Made by a program: the position numbers and the translations under genes. Source: Limnohabitans sp. (GTDB lineage Bacteria; Pseudomonadota; Gammaproteobacteria; Burkholderiales; Burkholderiaceae_C). From it: a DNA stretch of 64,000 bases. The notes under the pieces were generated by a model that was not told where the DNA came from, ran no database searches, and worked only from the letters and a program-made list of their open reading frames with translations. Of the stretch, positions 9,230-18,383 are shown one piece after another. Every line of letters starts with the position of its first letter. Position 1 is the first letter of the stretch. Location: the NCBI GenBank assembly GCA_024642215.1, contig JAHEBO010000002.1:53360-117359 (forward strand), written 5' to 3'.

Positions 9230-10399
9230 TTGACAACCAACGCCGGTACAGCATCAACGCGACCCCTGCGAATTGCGATCGTAGGTTTTGGCGCAGCAGC
9301 ACAAGCTTTTGTTCCCGCAATTAAGGCCAATTCAAAATTTGAATTGGCTGCCATTGTTGAAAACAATGCGCATGTTCAAACTGCAGCCCAAATGCTGGGT
9401 GTACCCGTATTCAACCAACTGTCAGAATTACAGCAAGTCCATGAATTGGACGGTGTTTACATTGCCACACCGACACCTTGCCATGCGGACCAGGCCATTG
9501 AGGCACTCTCACTTGGTTGGCATGTATTGGTGGAAAAACCAATGGCGTGCAATGCAACTGAAGCATTGCGCATGGTGACGGCTTCAAAACAGTTTGGCAA
9601 ATCACTCACTGTGGGGCATTCCCACAGTTTTGACGCCCCAATTCAAACCATGAAGCACATGATTGAAAGCGGTGAATTGGGGGCGATTCAGATGGTCAAC
9701 ACGTGGTGTTTTACCGATTGGGTCTACCGTCCTCGAAGACCTGAAGAGCTGTCGCCTTCATTGGGCGGCGGCGTCACATTTCGTCAAGGGGCCCACCAAA
9801 TCGATATTTTGCGAGCTTTGTGTGGTGGCAAGGTCCAAACGGTCAAAGGCAAAGTTTTTAACTCGGATCCGCAGCGCAACACACATGGTGCACATGCGAT
9901 TTATTTGGATTTTGAAAATGGGGCTGCTGGTACAGCCATCTACAACGGCTACGCTGGCTTGTCGAGCATGGACTGGACTGGCAATGTCTCCGAGTGGGGT
10001 TTTCAACAATCAGCAACGAACAGGCCTTGGAAGAGACGTCCTACGGCTCTAGCAAGCGAAGCACAAGAACTGAAGGCAAAGCAAGAACGCGCCAAAACGG
10101 CCATACCTGCTGCCGCGCCATTGCAACCACACTTTGGTTTGACCGTGGTCAGTTGTACTTTGGGCGATATGCGTCAAACGCCTGAGGGGCTTTTAATTGC
10201 CACAGCTTCAGGGGATCGTGAAATCAAGTTACCCAGCCATCAAAGCCCGCGCGATTTGGTTTTGCTTGAGCTAGAGCAAGCTTGGCGAGGTTCAGGACAG
10301 CATTGGCATGATGGCCAATGGGGGTACGAGAACATCAGAATTTGCGAGGCAGCCATTGCTTCGGCACAAAGTGGTCGAGAGTGGGTGCTTTCAGATTAA
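9230..10399 (+). CDS. Gfo/Idh/MocA family NAD(P)-dependent oxidoreductase
   Basis: 389 aa. N-terminal Rossmann segment LRIAIVGFGAAAQ and the family motif HVLVEKPMA. A TTG start directly abuts the upstream stop, so the exact start is uncertain. Confidence 0.75.
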   Translation: MTTNAGTASTRPLRIAIVGFGAAAQAFVPAIKANSKFELAAIVENNAHVQTAAQMLGVPVFNQLSELQQVHELDGVYIATPTPCHADQAIEALSLGWHVLVEKPMACNATEALRMVTASKQFGKSLTVGHSHSFDAPIQTMKHMIESGELGAIQMVNTWCFTDWVYRPRRPEELSPSLGGGVTFRQGAHQIDILRALCGGKVQTVKGKVFNSDPQRNTHGAHAIYLDFENGAAGTAIYNGYAGLSSMDWTGNVSEWGFQQSATNRPWKRRPTALASEAQELKAKQERAKTAIPAAAPLQPHFGLTVVSCTLGDMRQTPEGLLIATASGDREIKLPSHQSPRDLVLLELEQAWRGSGQHWHDGQWGYENIRICEAAIASAQSGREWVLSD

Positions 10400-10713
10400 G
10401 ACCATGTCGACTCGGGCAATGGCCAAGCCAGTATTTCGGCCAATCGGCACACCACCCAAAAAGACTCCGCACCGTTGACCAACTCGGGTTGCAGCAACAG
10501 GCCTCGCCAGCATTTCTCAAGCGCATCGTCTTCTGTGATGCCCAATTGAAATTGCTGTGTGCTCACGGTGTCCACCAGCATGTTGGCCAAATCTTCACAT
10601 AACTCATAACGCTGTGTTAATTCGGCCCGAGGCAAACTGGGCTTGTACTGATGCGGCTTGACATAAAGCATCATAAAAGACTCTGGAACCTGGCTTTGAT
10701 TTTCCTCGTACAT
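10396..10713 (-). CDS. Small conserved hypothetical protein (105 aa), function unknown
   Basis: The minus-strand ORF has a protein-like composition. The overlapping plus-strand ORF 10318-10602 looks like noise. No motif recognised. Its stop overlaps the convergent upstream gene by 4 nt. Confidence 0.45.
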   Translation of the reverse strand: MYEENQSQVPESFMMLYVKPHQYKPSLPRAELTQRYELCEDLANMLVDTVSTQQFQLGITEDDALEKCWRGLLLQPELVNGAESFWVVCRLAEILAWPLPESTWS

Positions 10714-10743
10714 CTTAGGCCAAGCAATGTTTGGATCGGCGCA

Positions 10744-11997
10744 TCACATGAAGTCGATGATCACTTGACCAAAGCCAGAACAGCTCACCTGTGAAGCGCC
10801 TTCCATGAGGCGCGCAAAGTCGTGCGGAACACGTTTGCTTTGGATGGCGTCCTCCATGGCACGAATGATGATGTCGGCCGCTTCAGTCCAGCCCAAGTAG
10901 CGCAACATCATTTCTGCTGACAAGATTTCAGAACCTGGGTTGACATAATCTTTGCCGGCAAATTTGGAGAGTGCATCCACCGTGGCTTCAAAACACGCCA
11001 CACTGTCAGACATGTTGGCACCAGGTGCAATGCCAATGCCACCGACCTGGGCAGACACAGCATCTGAGATGTAATCGCCATTCAGATTGAGTGTGGCAAC
11101 GACTGAAAACTCTTGAGGCCGCATCAAAATTTGTTGCAAGAAGGCGTCCATCGCAATGTCTTTGACTGTGATGGTTTTACCCGATTTAGGATGCTTGATG
11201 GCGCACCAAGGACCATCGTCAATGATCTTGGCACCAAATTCTTGTTGGGCCACCTCATAGGCCCAATCGCGAAATGCACCTTCAGTGAATTTCATGATGC
11301 CACCCTTATGAACCACGGTGACGCTGGGCTTGTCATGGTCGATGGCGTATTGAATGGCTTTGCGAACCAAACGTTTGGAGCCTTCACTGGAGACTGGCTT
11401 GATGCCAATGCCAGATGTTTGAGGGAAACGAATGCTTTTGGCACCTAACTCTTCGGTGAGGAATGCAATGAGTTTCTTTGCTTCTGGACTGTTGGCAGCA
11501 TACTCAATGCCGGTGTAGATGTCTTCGGAGTTTTCTCTAAACAGGGTGATGTTGGTTTTTTCAGGCTCACGCACTGGTGAAGGAACGCCCTTAAAGTAAC
11601 GCAAAGGGCGCAAACAAACATACAAATCCAGTTCTTGACGCAGCGCCACATTCAATGACCGAGTGTCACCCGTTGCGGGCGGATTTAAAGGGCCTTTGAT
11701 CGATACGACATAGTCTTTCAGGGCAGACAGTGTTTCATCCGGCAAATACATGTCGGGCCCATAAAGTGAAACCGCTTTGTCGCCAGCAAAGACCTCCATC
11801 CATTGAATGGTTCTCTGACCTTTGTAGGCCTTCAGAACAGCGGCATTGACCACATGTTGCATCACCGGCGTGATGTCGACACCCGTACCATCTCCCTCAA
11901 TGAAGGGAATGATGGGATCGAACGGGACATTCAAAGAATTGTCAGCGTTGACGGTGATGGGGGTGCCCTGTGCGGGAATCTGAATATGTCGGTACAT
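10744..11997 (-). CDS. icd: NADP-dependent isocitrate dehydrogenase
   Basis: 417 aa. Collinear with prokaryotic homodimeric Icd ([16 protein letters not shown]...[16 protein letters not shown]...[18 protein letters not shown]...[10 protein letters not shown]...). Confidence 0.95.
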   Translation of the reverse strand: MYRHIQIPAQGTPITVNADNSLNVPFDPIIPFIEGDGTGVDITPVMQHVVNAAVLKAYKGQRTIQWMEVFAGDKAVSLYGPDMYLPDETLSALKDYVVSIKGPLNPPATGDTRSLNVALRQELDLYVCLRPLRYFKGVPSPVREPEKTNITLFRENSEDIYTGIEYAANSPEAKKLIAFLTEELGAKSIRFPQTSGIGIKPVSSEGSKRLVRKAIQYAIDHDKPSVTVVHKGGIMKFTEGAFRDWAYEVAQQEFGAKIIDDGPWCAIKHPKSGKTITVKDIAMDAFLQQILMRPQEFSVVATLNLNGDYISDAVSAQVGGIGIAPGANMSDSVACFEATVDALSKFAGKDYVNPGSEILSAEMMLRYLGWTEAADIIIRAMEDAIQSKRVPHDFARLMEGASQVSCSGFGQVIIDFM

Positions 11998-12079
11998 GGA
12001 AGAGGTCTCCGTGGTTTCATTCTAGCCACAAATCAGTCACAATCCGTTTGATTTAGCTCTGCCCATTCCCCTCTTCACC

Positions 12080-12574
12080 ATGACTCAAACTTCCATTCCA
12101 CAAGTCATTAAAGCCTTCAAACAAACAACAGTGAGCCTTTGGATGGCAAGCTTGATCAGTGCATTCATGGTCTTCACGGCCAATGCACAAGGTACGCCAC
12201 AAACGCAATTGCAAAGAACCACCCTCAATGCAGGCATGCACTTGTTGCAAGTGCAGTTGGCACAAGATTTTGAGCAGCGTCAAATTGGATTGATGTGGCG
12301 CAAAGAGATGCCGCAAAACGAAGGCATGTTGTTCGTCTTTGAACAAGCTGGTGTGCAATGCTTTTGGATGCGAAACACCCTTCTCCCACTAACCGCTGCT
12401 TTTGTGGCCGATGACGGAACCATCGTCAACTTGGCAGACATGAAGCCCATGAACGACAACTCACACTGCTCCCACAAACCTGTTCGCTATGTGTTGGAAA
12501 TGAACCAAGGCTGGTTTGCCAAACGCAACATTCAAGCGGGGTTTAAATTGACGGGGCCTGTGTTCAGCAAATAA
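12080..12574 (+). CDS. DUF192 domain-containing protein (exported)
   Basis: 164 aa. Signal-like N-terminus. DUF192 core ...GLMWRKEMPQNEGMLFVF...FWMRNTLLPLTAAFVADDGTIVNLADMKP.... Confidence 0.8.
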   Translation: MTQTSIPQVIKAFKQTTVSLWMASLISAFMVFTANAQGTPQTQLQRTTLNAGMHLLQVQLAQDFEQRQIGLMWRKEMPQNEGMLFVFEQAGVQCFWMRNTLLPLTAAFVADDGTIVNLADMKPMNDNSHCSHKPVRYVLEMNQGWFAKRNIQAGFKLTGPVFSK

Positions 12575-12590
12575 GGGCCAAAGTCTGCCA

Positions 12591-12875
12591 TCAAACGCCC
12601 CACATCACGTCTGCCGATTTGTCTTGGCTAGCCTTGAGCATTTTGATCATGGGTTGAGACCTGTGACGCAAAGAGACACCCTTTGGATCGGCAGGTCCCT
12701 CTTCTTCCTCCAAGGCAATGGCGTGAGTCAGCGCGTCTAAGGCGGCTTGTATTTGCTCAGCCAAAAAAATACCCTTGACTTGATTCTCACGGCCCATGAT
12801 TTTCAAGAGACGTTTGGCATCTGGCTCTAGCATGATCAGATCACCGCTGACTTTGGATTTGAATTTATAGAGCAT
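12591..12875 (-). CDS. DUF1840 domain-containing protein
   Basis: 94 aa. The N-terminus MLYKFKSKVSGDLIMLEPDAKRLLKIMG is typical of this betaproteobacterial family. Confidence 0.75.
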   Translation of the reverse strand: MLYKFKSKVSGDLIMLEPDAKRLLKIMGRENQVKGIFLAEQIQAALDALTHAIALEEEEGPADPKGVSLRHRSQPMIKMLKASQDKSADVMWGV

Positions 12876-12913
12876 GAAGTCAATTCTCAGAAGAGAAGTT
12901 CCATTTTAAAAAA

Positions 12914-13945
12914 TCAACGAACGCAGTAATAACTGAAGTCTTGTCCAGGAAACTCTGATACAGACCTCACCGGTGAGGGATTGGGTAAATCGGGCGCCAT
13001 GACCATGTTGTTGACCATGGCCCACAATTTGCCACGAGTACAAGTGACGCCGCCGTTCCAATCACCCAAATTGGAAAGGTACTCGTATTCCTCTTCAGTC
13101 GGCAATCTTGCTTGAATGGCTTTGCATGCCATCTCGGCCGATCTAGGAGAAGTTGCACGGCCAATGGCGCCACCTGGAGAGCCCAACAACTCCAAACTCC
13201 GATTGCCAATTTTGATTTTGGAAGGAAATTGCGTTTGTTGGAATGTGTCAAAGATTTGCTGACCAATAGACTGCATCACTTGCTCAGGAAAGCCTTGGGC
13301 TTGGAAATGGTAGGTGTTGCCACACGTTAAATCGATGTGCAAAGTGACCACCAAATCGCCTCGGCAAGTTGGCGCATATGCATAAGTGCCGTAAGCAACA
13401 CCCGACAAAGCACGCATCACCTGAGGGTCCCAAGCGGCCTGTTTTTGAGGGTCTTTGAGTTGCTTTAACAACTCGTTGAGCGGATTGGGATTGAAAAAAT
13501 TAAATCGTCTTGTTTGCGGACGGCGTTCTTGGTAGGCCTTGTCCACGGCCGCCTTCAAAGATCCCGCTAACAAAACATCCATGCCCGGACTGCTGCTAGC
13601 CACTTTTCTTTGCTGATTCACTTGATCGTCCATTGCGTTGAGCAGGGCCACCATGTTGCGTGAATCTACGCCCTCTCTTAAAAGACTTCGAACTGTTTGA
13701 GTTAACTCACCCATTTGCGCACTCTTGGTGCGACCGTAGGCATCGTGGTATTGACAAAGATCTTTGCCCCGCGCAAAAGGAATTCGAGGCCAAATATTGA
13801 CCACGGCAGGCGTTGTTGAAGCGCCCGTCATCGACACGGCAACGCCATTGCCCGTTGTTTGGGCCACAGAAGAACCCAAGCTGGCCCAGAGTCCCAGTAC
13901 CAAGATCATGGTCAATCGAAACATACCCACATCCATCCTCTGCAA
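12914..13945 (-). CDS. Secreted hypothetical protein, possible lectin-like (DUF1566-type) C-terminal domain
   Basis: 343 aa; the alternative start at 13924 gives MFRLTMILVLGLWASLGSSVAQ, a signal peptide. The C-terminal ...ACKAIQARLPTEEEYEYLSNLGDWNGG... resembles the 'RLPT..E...L' core of DUF1566/C-type-lectin-like folds. This assignment is weak. Confidence 0.5.
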   Translation of the reverse strand: MQRMDVGMFRLTMILVLGLWASLGSSVAQTTGNGVAVSMTGASTTPAVVNIWPRIPFARGKDLCQYHDAYGRTKSAQMGELTQTVRSLLREGVDSRNMVALLNAMDDQVNQQRKVASSSPGMDVLLAGSLKAAVDKAYQERRPQTRRFNFFNPNPLNELLKQLKDPQKQAAWDPQVMRALSGVAYGTYAYAPTCRGDLVVTLHIDLTCGNTYHFQAQGFPEQVMQSIGQQIFDTFQQTQFPSKIKIGNRSLELLGSPGGAIGRATSPRSAEMACKAIQARLPTEEEYEYLSNLGDWNGGVTCTRGKLWAMVNNMVMAPDLPNPSPVRSVSEFPGQDFSYYCVR

Positions 13946-13981
13946 AAAATCTCACATGAAACAAATATATAGTACACCCCC

Positions 13982-14827
13982 ATGAACCTCCAAGACCGTT
14001 TTCTAATGGCTGGCGTCATGGGTTGGCCCGTGATGCACTCTCGCTCACCCTTGATGCACAACCATTGGTTTGCCCAAGAAAATCTCAAAGGCGTCTACGT
14101 GCCTTTGGCCATCCACCCCGAAAATCTGACAAGCGCCTTGAGAAGTCTGCATGCCCTGGGTTTTTCAGGCTGTAACCTGACCATTCCGCACAAGCAACAA
14201 GCCCTGAAGATCGTCGATGAGATCGATCCCGTGGCACTCAAAATGGGCGCCATCAGTTGTGTTGCCGTCAAAGAAGATGGTCGCTTGGTGGGCAGCAATA
14301 ACGATGCGGCGGGCTTCATCCGTAACATCAAAGAATTTCAGCCAAATTGGCAAGCCAATCAAGGCCCAATTGTGGTGATCGGCGCTGGCGGTGGCTCTCG
14401 GGCTGTTTGTCAAGGCTTAATTCAAGAAGGCGCCACAGAAATTCGCTTGGTCAACAGGCATTTAGAGCGTGCTCAAATCATCAAAGCCGACCTTGGTGGC
14501 CCCATCCATGCGCATGCTTGGTCTGACCGAGCCGATCTGATGGAAGGCGCAAGCATGGTGGTCAATACCACCAGCCAAGGGATGGTGGGTCAAACAGCAC
14601 TGGACATCCAACTCGACAAATTACCGTTAGACGCATTGGCCACCGACATCGTCTACACCCCCCTTGAAACACCCTTCTTGGCACAAGCCAGAACGCGTGG
14701 CAACAACACGCTGAATGGCTTGGGCATGCTCTTGCATCAAGGCCCCTTGGGGTGGAAGGCTTGGTTTGGAATTGAGCCCAAAGTGACCCCAGAACTTCGC
14801 ACACTACTTGAACAAAGCCTGACCTGA
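13982..14827 (+). CDS. aroE: Shikimate dehydrogenase
   Basis: 281 aa. GWPVMHSRSPLMHN, NLTIPHK, GAGGGSRAV and ...DIVYTPLETPFL... motifs of the AroE family. Confidence 0.9.
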   Translation: MNLQDRFLMAGVMGWPVMHSRSPLMHNHWFAQENLKGVYVPLAIHPENLTSALRSLHALGFSGCNLTIPHKQQALKIVDEIDPVALKMGAISCVAVKEDGRLVGSNNDAAGFIRNIKEFQPNWQANQGPIVVIGAGGGSRAVCQGLIQEGATEIRLVNRHLERAQIIKADLGGPIHAHAWSDRADLMEGASMVVNTTSQGMVGQTALDIQLDKLPLDALATDIVYTPLETPFLAQARTRGNNTLNGLGMLLHQGPLGWKAWFGIEPKVTPELRTLLEQSLT

Positions 14828-14848
14828 ATCAAATTCTGAGTCTTGGGA

Positions 14849-15523
14849 TTAGCCCAATTTGGCCTTGAAATGATCCCAGCAACGCTGAAACAAGGCTTCA
14901 TTCCACAATTTTTCTCGGCACATTTGAATTTCGTGCTCGCTGAAAACGTAGGGCGTGCCCAGTTGCATGGCCATGTACTGCCGGTGCGCATTCTCTTCCA
15001 TGTAACTGGCCAAAACAAAAGCCTCACGAATGGACTGACCCACAGTCACTGCACCATGTGACTTCATCAAGGCAGCAGGACGTTCGGCCAAAGTGGCAGC
15101 CAAGCGATCGGCCATGGGTTTGTTGTTGATTGAATTGGGCGAATCCAACAAGGGCACGGGATACACCAATGACCCCTGTCCGTAAACCGGCAAATAAGTT
15201 TGCCCCGCCATGGTGAGGTAGGTAGACCACTTGGGGTGTGCATGCACCACGGCCTTCAAATCTGGCCGCGCCCTGTAAATACCTGCGTGTAAATGAAACT
15301 CCAAGGGGGGCTTGCCATTGCCTTCCACCACTTGGCCTTCCATGTCGATGGTGCAAATATCATCCACCGTCAACTGGCTTCTTTGGCAAGACCCGATGTT
15401 GATCAACATGTGGTTATTGGGCAAGCGAATGCTGGCATGACCGTTGTAGTCAATGATGTCTTGAGACTCCAGCATGCGGATGCAGTCAACCAGTTGTTGC
15501 TTCAATTCGAGTGTGTCAGTCAT
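14849..15523 (-). CDS. Class II aldolase/adducin-domain protein (second copy in window)
   Basis: 224 aa from the ATG at 15523; the track start at 15541 is a TTG. ...HLHAGIYRARPDLKAVVHAHPKW... and ...LMKSHGAVTVG... motifs. Only distantly similar to 7448-8152. Confidence 0.8.
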   Translation of the reverse strand: MTDTLELKQQLVDCIRMLESQDIIDYNGHASIRLPNNHMLINIGSCQRSQLTVDDICTIDMEGQVVEGNGKPPLEFHLHAGIYRARPDLKAVVHAHPKWSTYLTMAGQTYLPVYGQGSLVYPVPLLDSPNSINNKPMADRLAATLAERPAALMKSHGAVTVGQSIREAFVLASYMEENAHRQYMAMQLGTPYVFSEHEIQMCREKLWNEALFQRCWDHFKAKLG

Positions 15524-15576
15524 GGTGCGGTGTTCTTGCAAAAAAGGTCAAAGACCCGTGAAGGAATGTCTAGAGA

Positions 15577-16566
15577 TTAAATGACCACTTTGGTCATCAT
15601 GCCTTGCGGAAAAATTTCTTCTGGCGTGAACTCTCGATGGGCAATGCCTTGCTGAAAGGTGTACTTTGCCATCAACTCCCATGTGGGGCGATTTTCTTCA
15701 ATGCCATAGGGAAAGGTATCGCCTTCAAACTTGTCACGCATTTTGCGGGCGTAAGTGGCCAGCCAAGGCAATGGATAACGCGACACTGCGGGGTCCATCA
15801 AGCGCTCAATGCTGCGTCGCTTTGACTCCAAAAAGGCATTGAACAGATTGCGTGGCACCCATGGATTCTCCTCTACGACGCTTTTCTTCATGGCAATGAT
15901 GTGCATGATGGGCCAAACTTTGGTTTTGGCAAAGTACTCGTCCTCCATGTCCAAGAAGTCTGGGAACAAACGAACCACATCGGGATTGCCTTCGAGGAAA
16001 CAAGTCGGTGGGCGCGCAATGATGGCGCAATCAATTTCACCTGAAGCCAACATCTCACTCAGAGACTTGTCTGCCACGCGTGTTAGCTTGACACCTTCAG
16101 GCAGCGTGATTTCAACCTTCTCTTCACGACCAGGTGCGTTGGCGCCGGCTTGGTACCAGTGCACATCCTGCAACTTCACGCCCATGTCGTTGTGAAGCCA
16201 GCCGCGCATGTAAACAGCCGCAGAATGGGCCCACTCTGGAGACCCCACTTTTTTACCGATCAAGTCTTTGGCCGATTTGATGCCCGATTTTTTGTTCACG
16301 TAGAAAGAGCTGAATCGGAACAAGCGAGAACACACAATGGGCAAGCCAATGATGTCACTGTCAGGCCGTGTCACTTGCGTGGTGAATTTGGCAAATGACA
16401 ATTCTGAAATATCAAATTCACGGTTGGCCGTAAAACGGGCAAAACATTCATGATGCCCCAAATTCAGCCAATTCAAATCGATGCCTTCGGGTTTGACAAA
16501 CCCCATGCGAATGTCGCGAAAATGGTCGTAATCTGTGGTGGCAATAGACAAGTTAAGGAGTGACAT
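15577..16566 (-). CDS. Binding-protein-fold (NMT1/SsuA-like) enzyme resembling 4,5-dihydroxyphthalate decarboxylase
   Basis: 329 aa with no signal peptide. The N-terminal ...DHFRDIRMGFVKPEGIDLNWLNL...EFDISELSFAKF... and ...AKDLIGKKVGSPEWAHSAAVYMRGWL...VHWYQAG... follow the pattern I recall for Pht5/PhtD-type decarboxylases. Family-level call only. Confidence 0.6.
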   Translation of the reverse strand: MSLLNLSIATTDYDHFRDIRMGFVKPEGIDLNWLNLGHHECFARFTANREFDISELSFAKFTTQVTRPDSDIIGLPIVCSRLFRFSSFYVNKKSGIKSAKDLIGKKVGSPEWAHSAAVYMRGWLHNDMGVKLQDVHWYQAGANAPGREEKVEITLPEGVKLTRVADKSLSEMLASGEIDCAIIARPPTCFLEGNPDVVRLFPDFLDMEDEYFAKTKVWPIMHIIAMKKSVVEENPWVPRNLFNAFLESKRRSIERLMDPAVSRYPLPWLATYARKMRDKFEGDTFPYGIEENRPTWELMAKYTFQQGIAHREFTPEEIFPQGMMTKVVI

Positions 16567-16696
16567 AAAGTGGCTCTGGACAGCTTAAAAATTGATGGAT
16601 CAGTTTATCTGATGCAAGAAATGCTTGTGTGAGAGCGCCGCACAAGGCGCCAATACGACGCAGACGGTCCAGCCAACTGACCCTGGCTAGATCTCC

Positions 16697-18325
16697 TCAA
16701 ACTTTTGGGGGATCAAGCTGAAAGTGTTCAGCGCTAGCTTGAAGCCAGTACTTGGCAAAGAATCCCTCAGGAAGCGGGCCTTGCTTAAGAGCACCTTCTG
16801 AAAGATTGGGCATCAAGTCGGCCAAGTTTTGAATGTCATGTTCACTGAGTCTGCGCATGATGTGGCTCAAACGAAGTTCGGAAGGACTTGAAAGTCCAGC
16901 CGCTTGCAACATCTCTCGAACCGACTCGAGGGTCTGTTGGTGAAAATTTCTCACGCGATCCGCCTTGGTTGGCACCACCAAAGCCACTTGCCGATGCGGA
17001 TCTTGGGTTGTGACACCCGTTGGACAGTTGCCCGTGTGGCAAGTTTGAGCTTGTATGCAGCCTAAAGCAAACATGAAACCTCTGGCACTGTTGCACCAAT
17101 CGGCGCCTAATGCCAAAGTGCGAATGACATCGAAACCACTGATGATTTTGCCGCTAGCGCCCAATCGGATGTGTTGACGCAAATTCAAACCCACCAAGGT
17201 GTTGTGCACCAAGCGCAAACCTTCAAGCATAGGCATGCCCATATGGTCCGTAAACTCAACGGGGGCAGCGCCTGTACCACCTTCTGCGCCATCCACCACA
17301 ATAAAGTCGGGGAAGATTCCCGTTTGTTGCATCGCTTTGGCAATGCCAAACCATTCCCATGGATGACCAATGCAAAGCTTGAAACCCACAGGTTTGCCAC
17401 CACTCAGTTCGCGCAAGGTTTGTACAAACTGAATCAGCCCCAAAGGTGAGTTAAAGCGACTGTGTGCAGCTGGGGAAACGCAATCGACACCGACAGGCAC
17501 GCCCCTCGCCTCTGCAATTTCAGGCGTCACCTTGGGACCCGGTAACACGCCACCATGGCCCGGCTTGGCACCTTGGCTTAGCTTAATTTCAATCATTTTG
17601 ACTTGAGGCGATTGCGCATTAGCCTTGAATCGATCGGCACTGAAAGTGCCGTCCTCATTGCGACAACCAAAATAACCTGAGCCAATTTCCCATATGAGAT
17701 CGCCACCATGTTCACGGTGGTATCTCGAAATAGAACCTTCACCCGTATCGTGCGCAAAACCGCCCTTCTTGGCGCCTAAATTCAAAGCCATGATGGCATT
17801 GGCACTGAGCGCGCCAAAGCTCATGGCGGAAACATTGAAAAGACTGATGTCATAGGGCTGTTGGCATTGCGCCCCACCCACAGGGACTCTGAAATCATGT
17901 GAAGAGATCACGGTCGGACTGATGGAATGTGTGAGCCATTCATAACCAGCCTCTCTCACATTCATTTGCGTACCAAAAGGACGTTTGTCAGTTTCACCTT
18001 TGGCGCGTGCATAAACCAAAGAGCGTTGTGATCGTGAAAACGGTACGGCTTCACGATCTCCTTCAATGAAGTATTGACGGAGTTCTGGTCGAATGAACTC
18101 TAGCAAAAACCGAACATGGCCAATGATGGGGTAATTGCGCAGAATGGCATGACGGGATTGCTGTAAGTCATGGACGCCCAGCGCCACCAAGCCTGTTAAC
18201 AGCAAGACCCAAAGCAAACTAGCCTGCCCAACCACCAACTGAAGCGCAGACAACACCCATAAGGCCACGACAGCAAAAAATGCGGCGTAACGCACGGGTA
18301 CCCGCTGATCAAGCCAATTCAACAT
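16697..18325 (-). CDS. FMN-binding glutamate synthase-family protein (GltB domain-2-like) with N-terminal TM segments
   Basis: 542 aa. Two hydrophobic N-terminal helices. Conserved ...EIKLSQGAKPGHGGVLPG... and ...VVDGAEGGTGAAP... motifs. Confidence 0.85.
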   Translation of the reverse strand: MLNWLDQRVPVRYAAFFAVVALWVLSALQLVVGQASLLWVLLLTGLVALGVHDLQQSRHAILRNYPIIGHVRFLLEFIRPELRQYFIEGDREAVPFSRSQRSLVYARAKGETDKRPFGTQMNVREAGYEWLTHSISPTVISSHDFRVPVGGAQCQQPYDISLFNVSAMSFGALSANAIMALNLGAKKGGFAHDTGEGSISRYHREHGGDLIWEIGSGYFGCRNEDGTFSADRFKANAQSPQVKMIEIKLSQGAKPGHGGVLPGPKVTPEIAEARGVPVGVDCVSPAAHSRFNSPLGLIQFVQTLRELSGGKPVGFKLCIGHPWEWFGIAKAMQQTGIFPDFIVVDGAEGGTGAAPVEFTDHMGMPMLEGLRLVHNTLVGLNLRQHIRLGASGKIISGFDVIRTLALGADWCNSARGFMFALGCIQAQTCHTGNCPTGVTTQDPHRQVALVVPTKADRVRNFHQQTLESVREMLQAAGLSSPSELRLSHIMRRLSEHDIQNLADLMPNLSEGALKQGPLPEGFFAKYWLQASAEHFQLDPPKV

Positions 18326-18383
18326 GGAAGCTCTCCTGGTGAAAAACCATGTGAGGTTTATCGAATTAAAACGATCGCAATTG

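Noticed and set aside
16567-16696. A possible terminator or structured RNA in the 130-nt spacer between the glutamate-synthase-like gene and the decarboxylase-like gene (GGCGCC-ttgtgc-GGCGCT on the minus strand).
   Set aside because: The stem is only 5-6 bp, built on a self-complementary GGCGCC, and has no downstream U-run. That is too weak to call.
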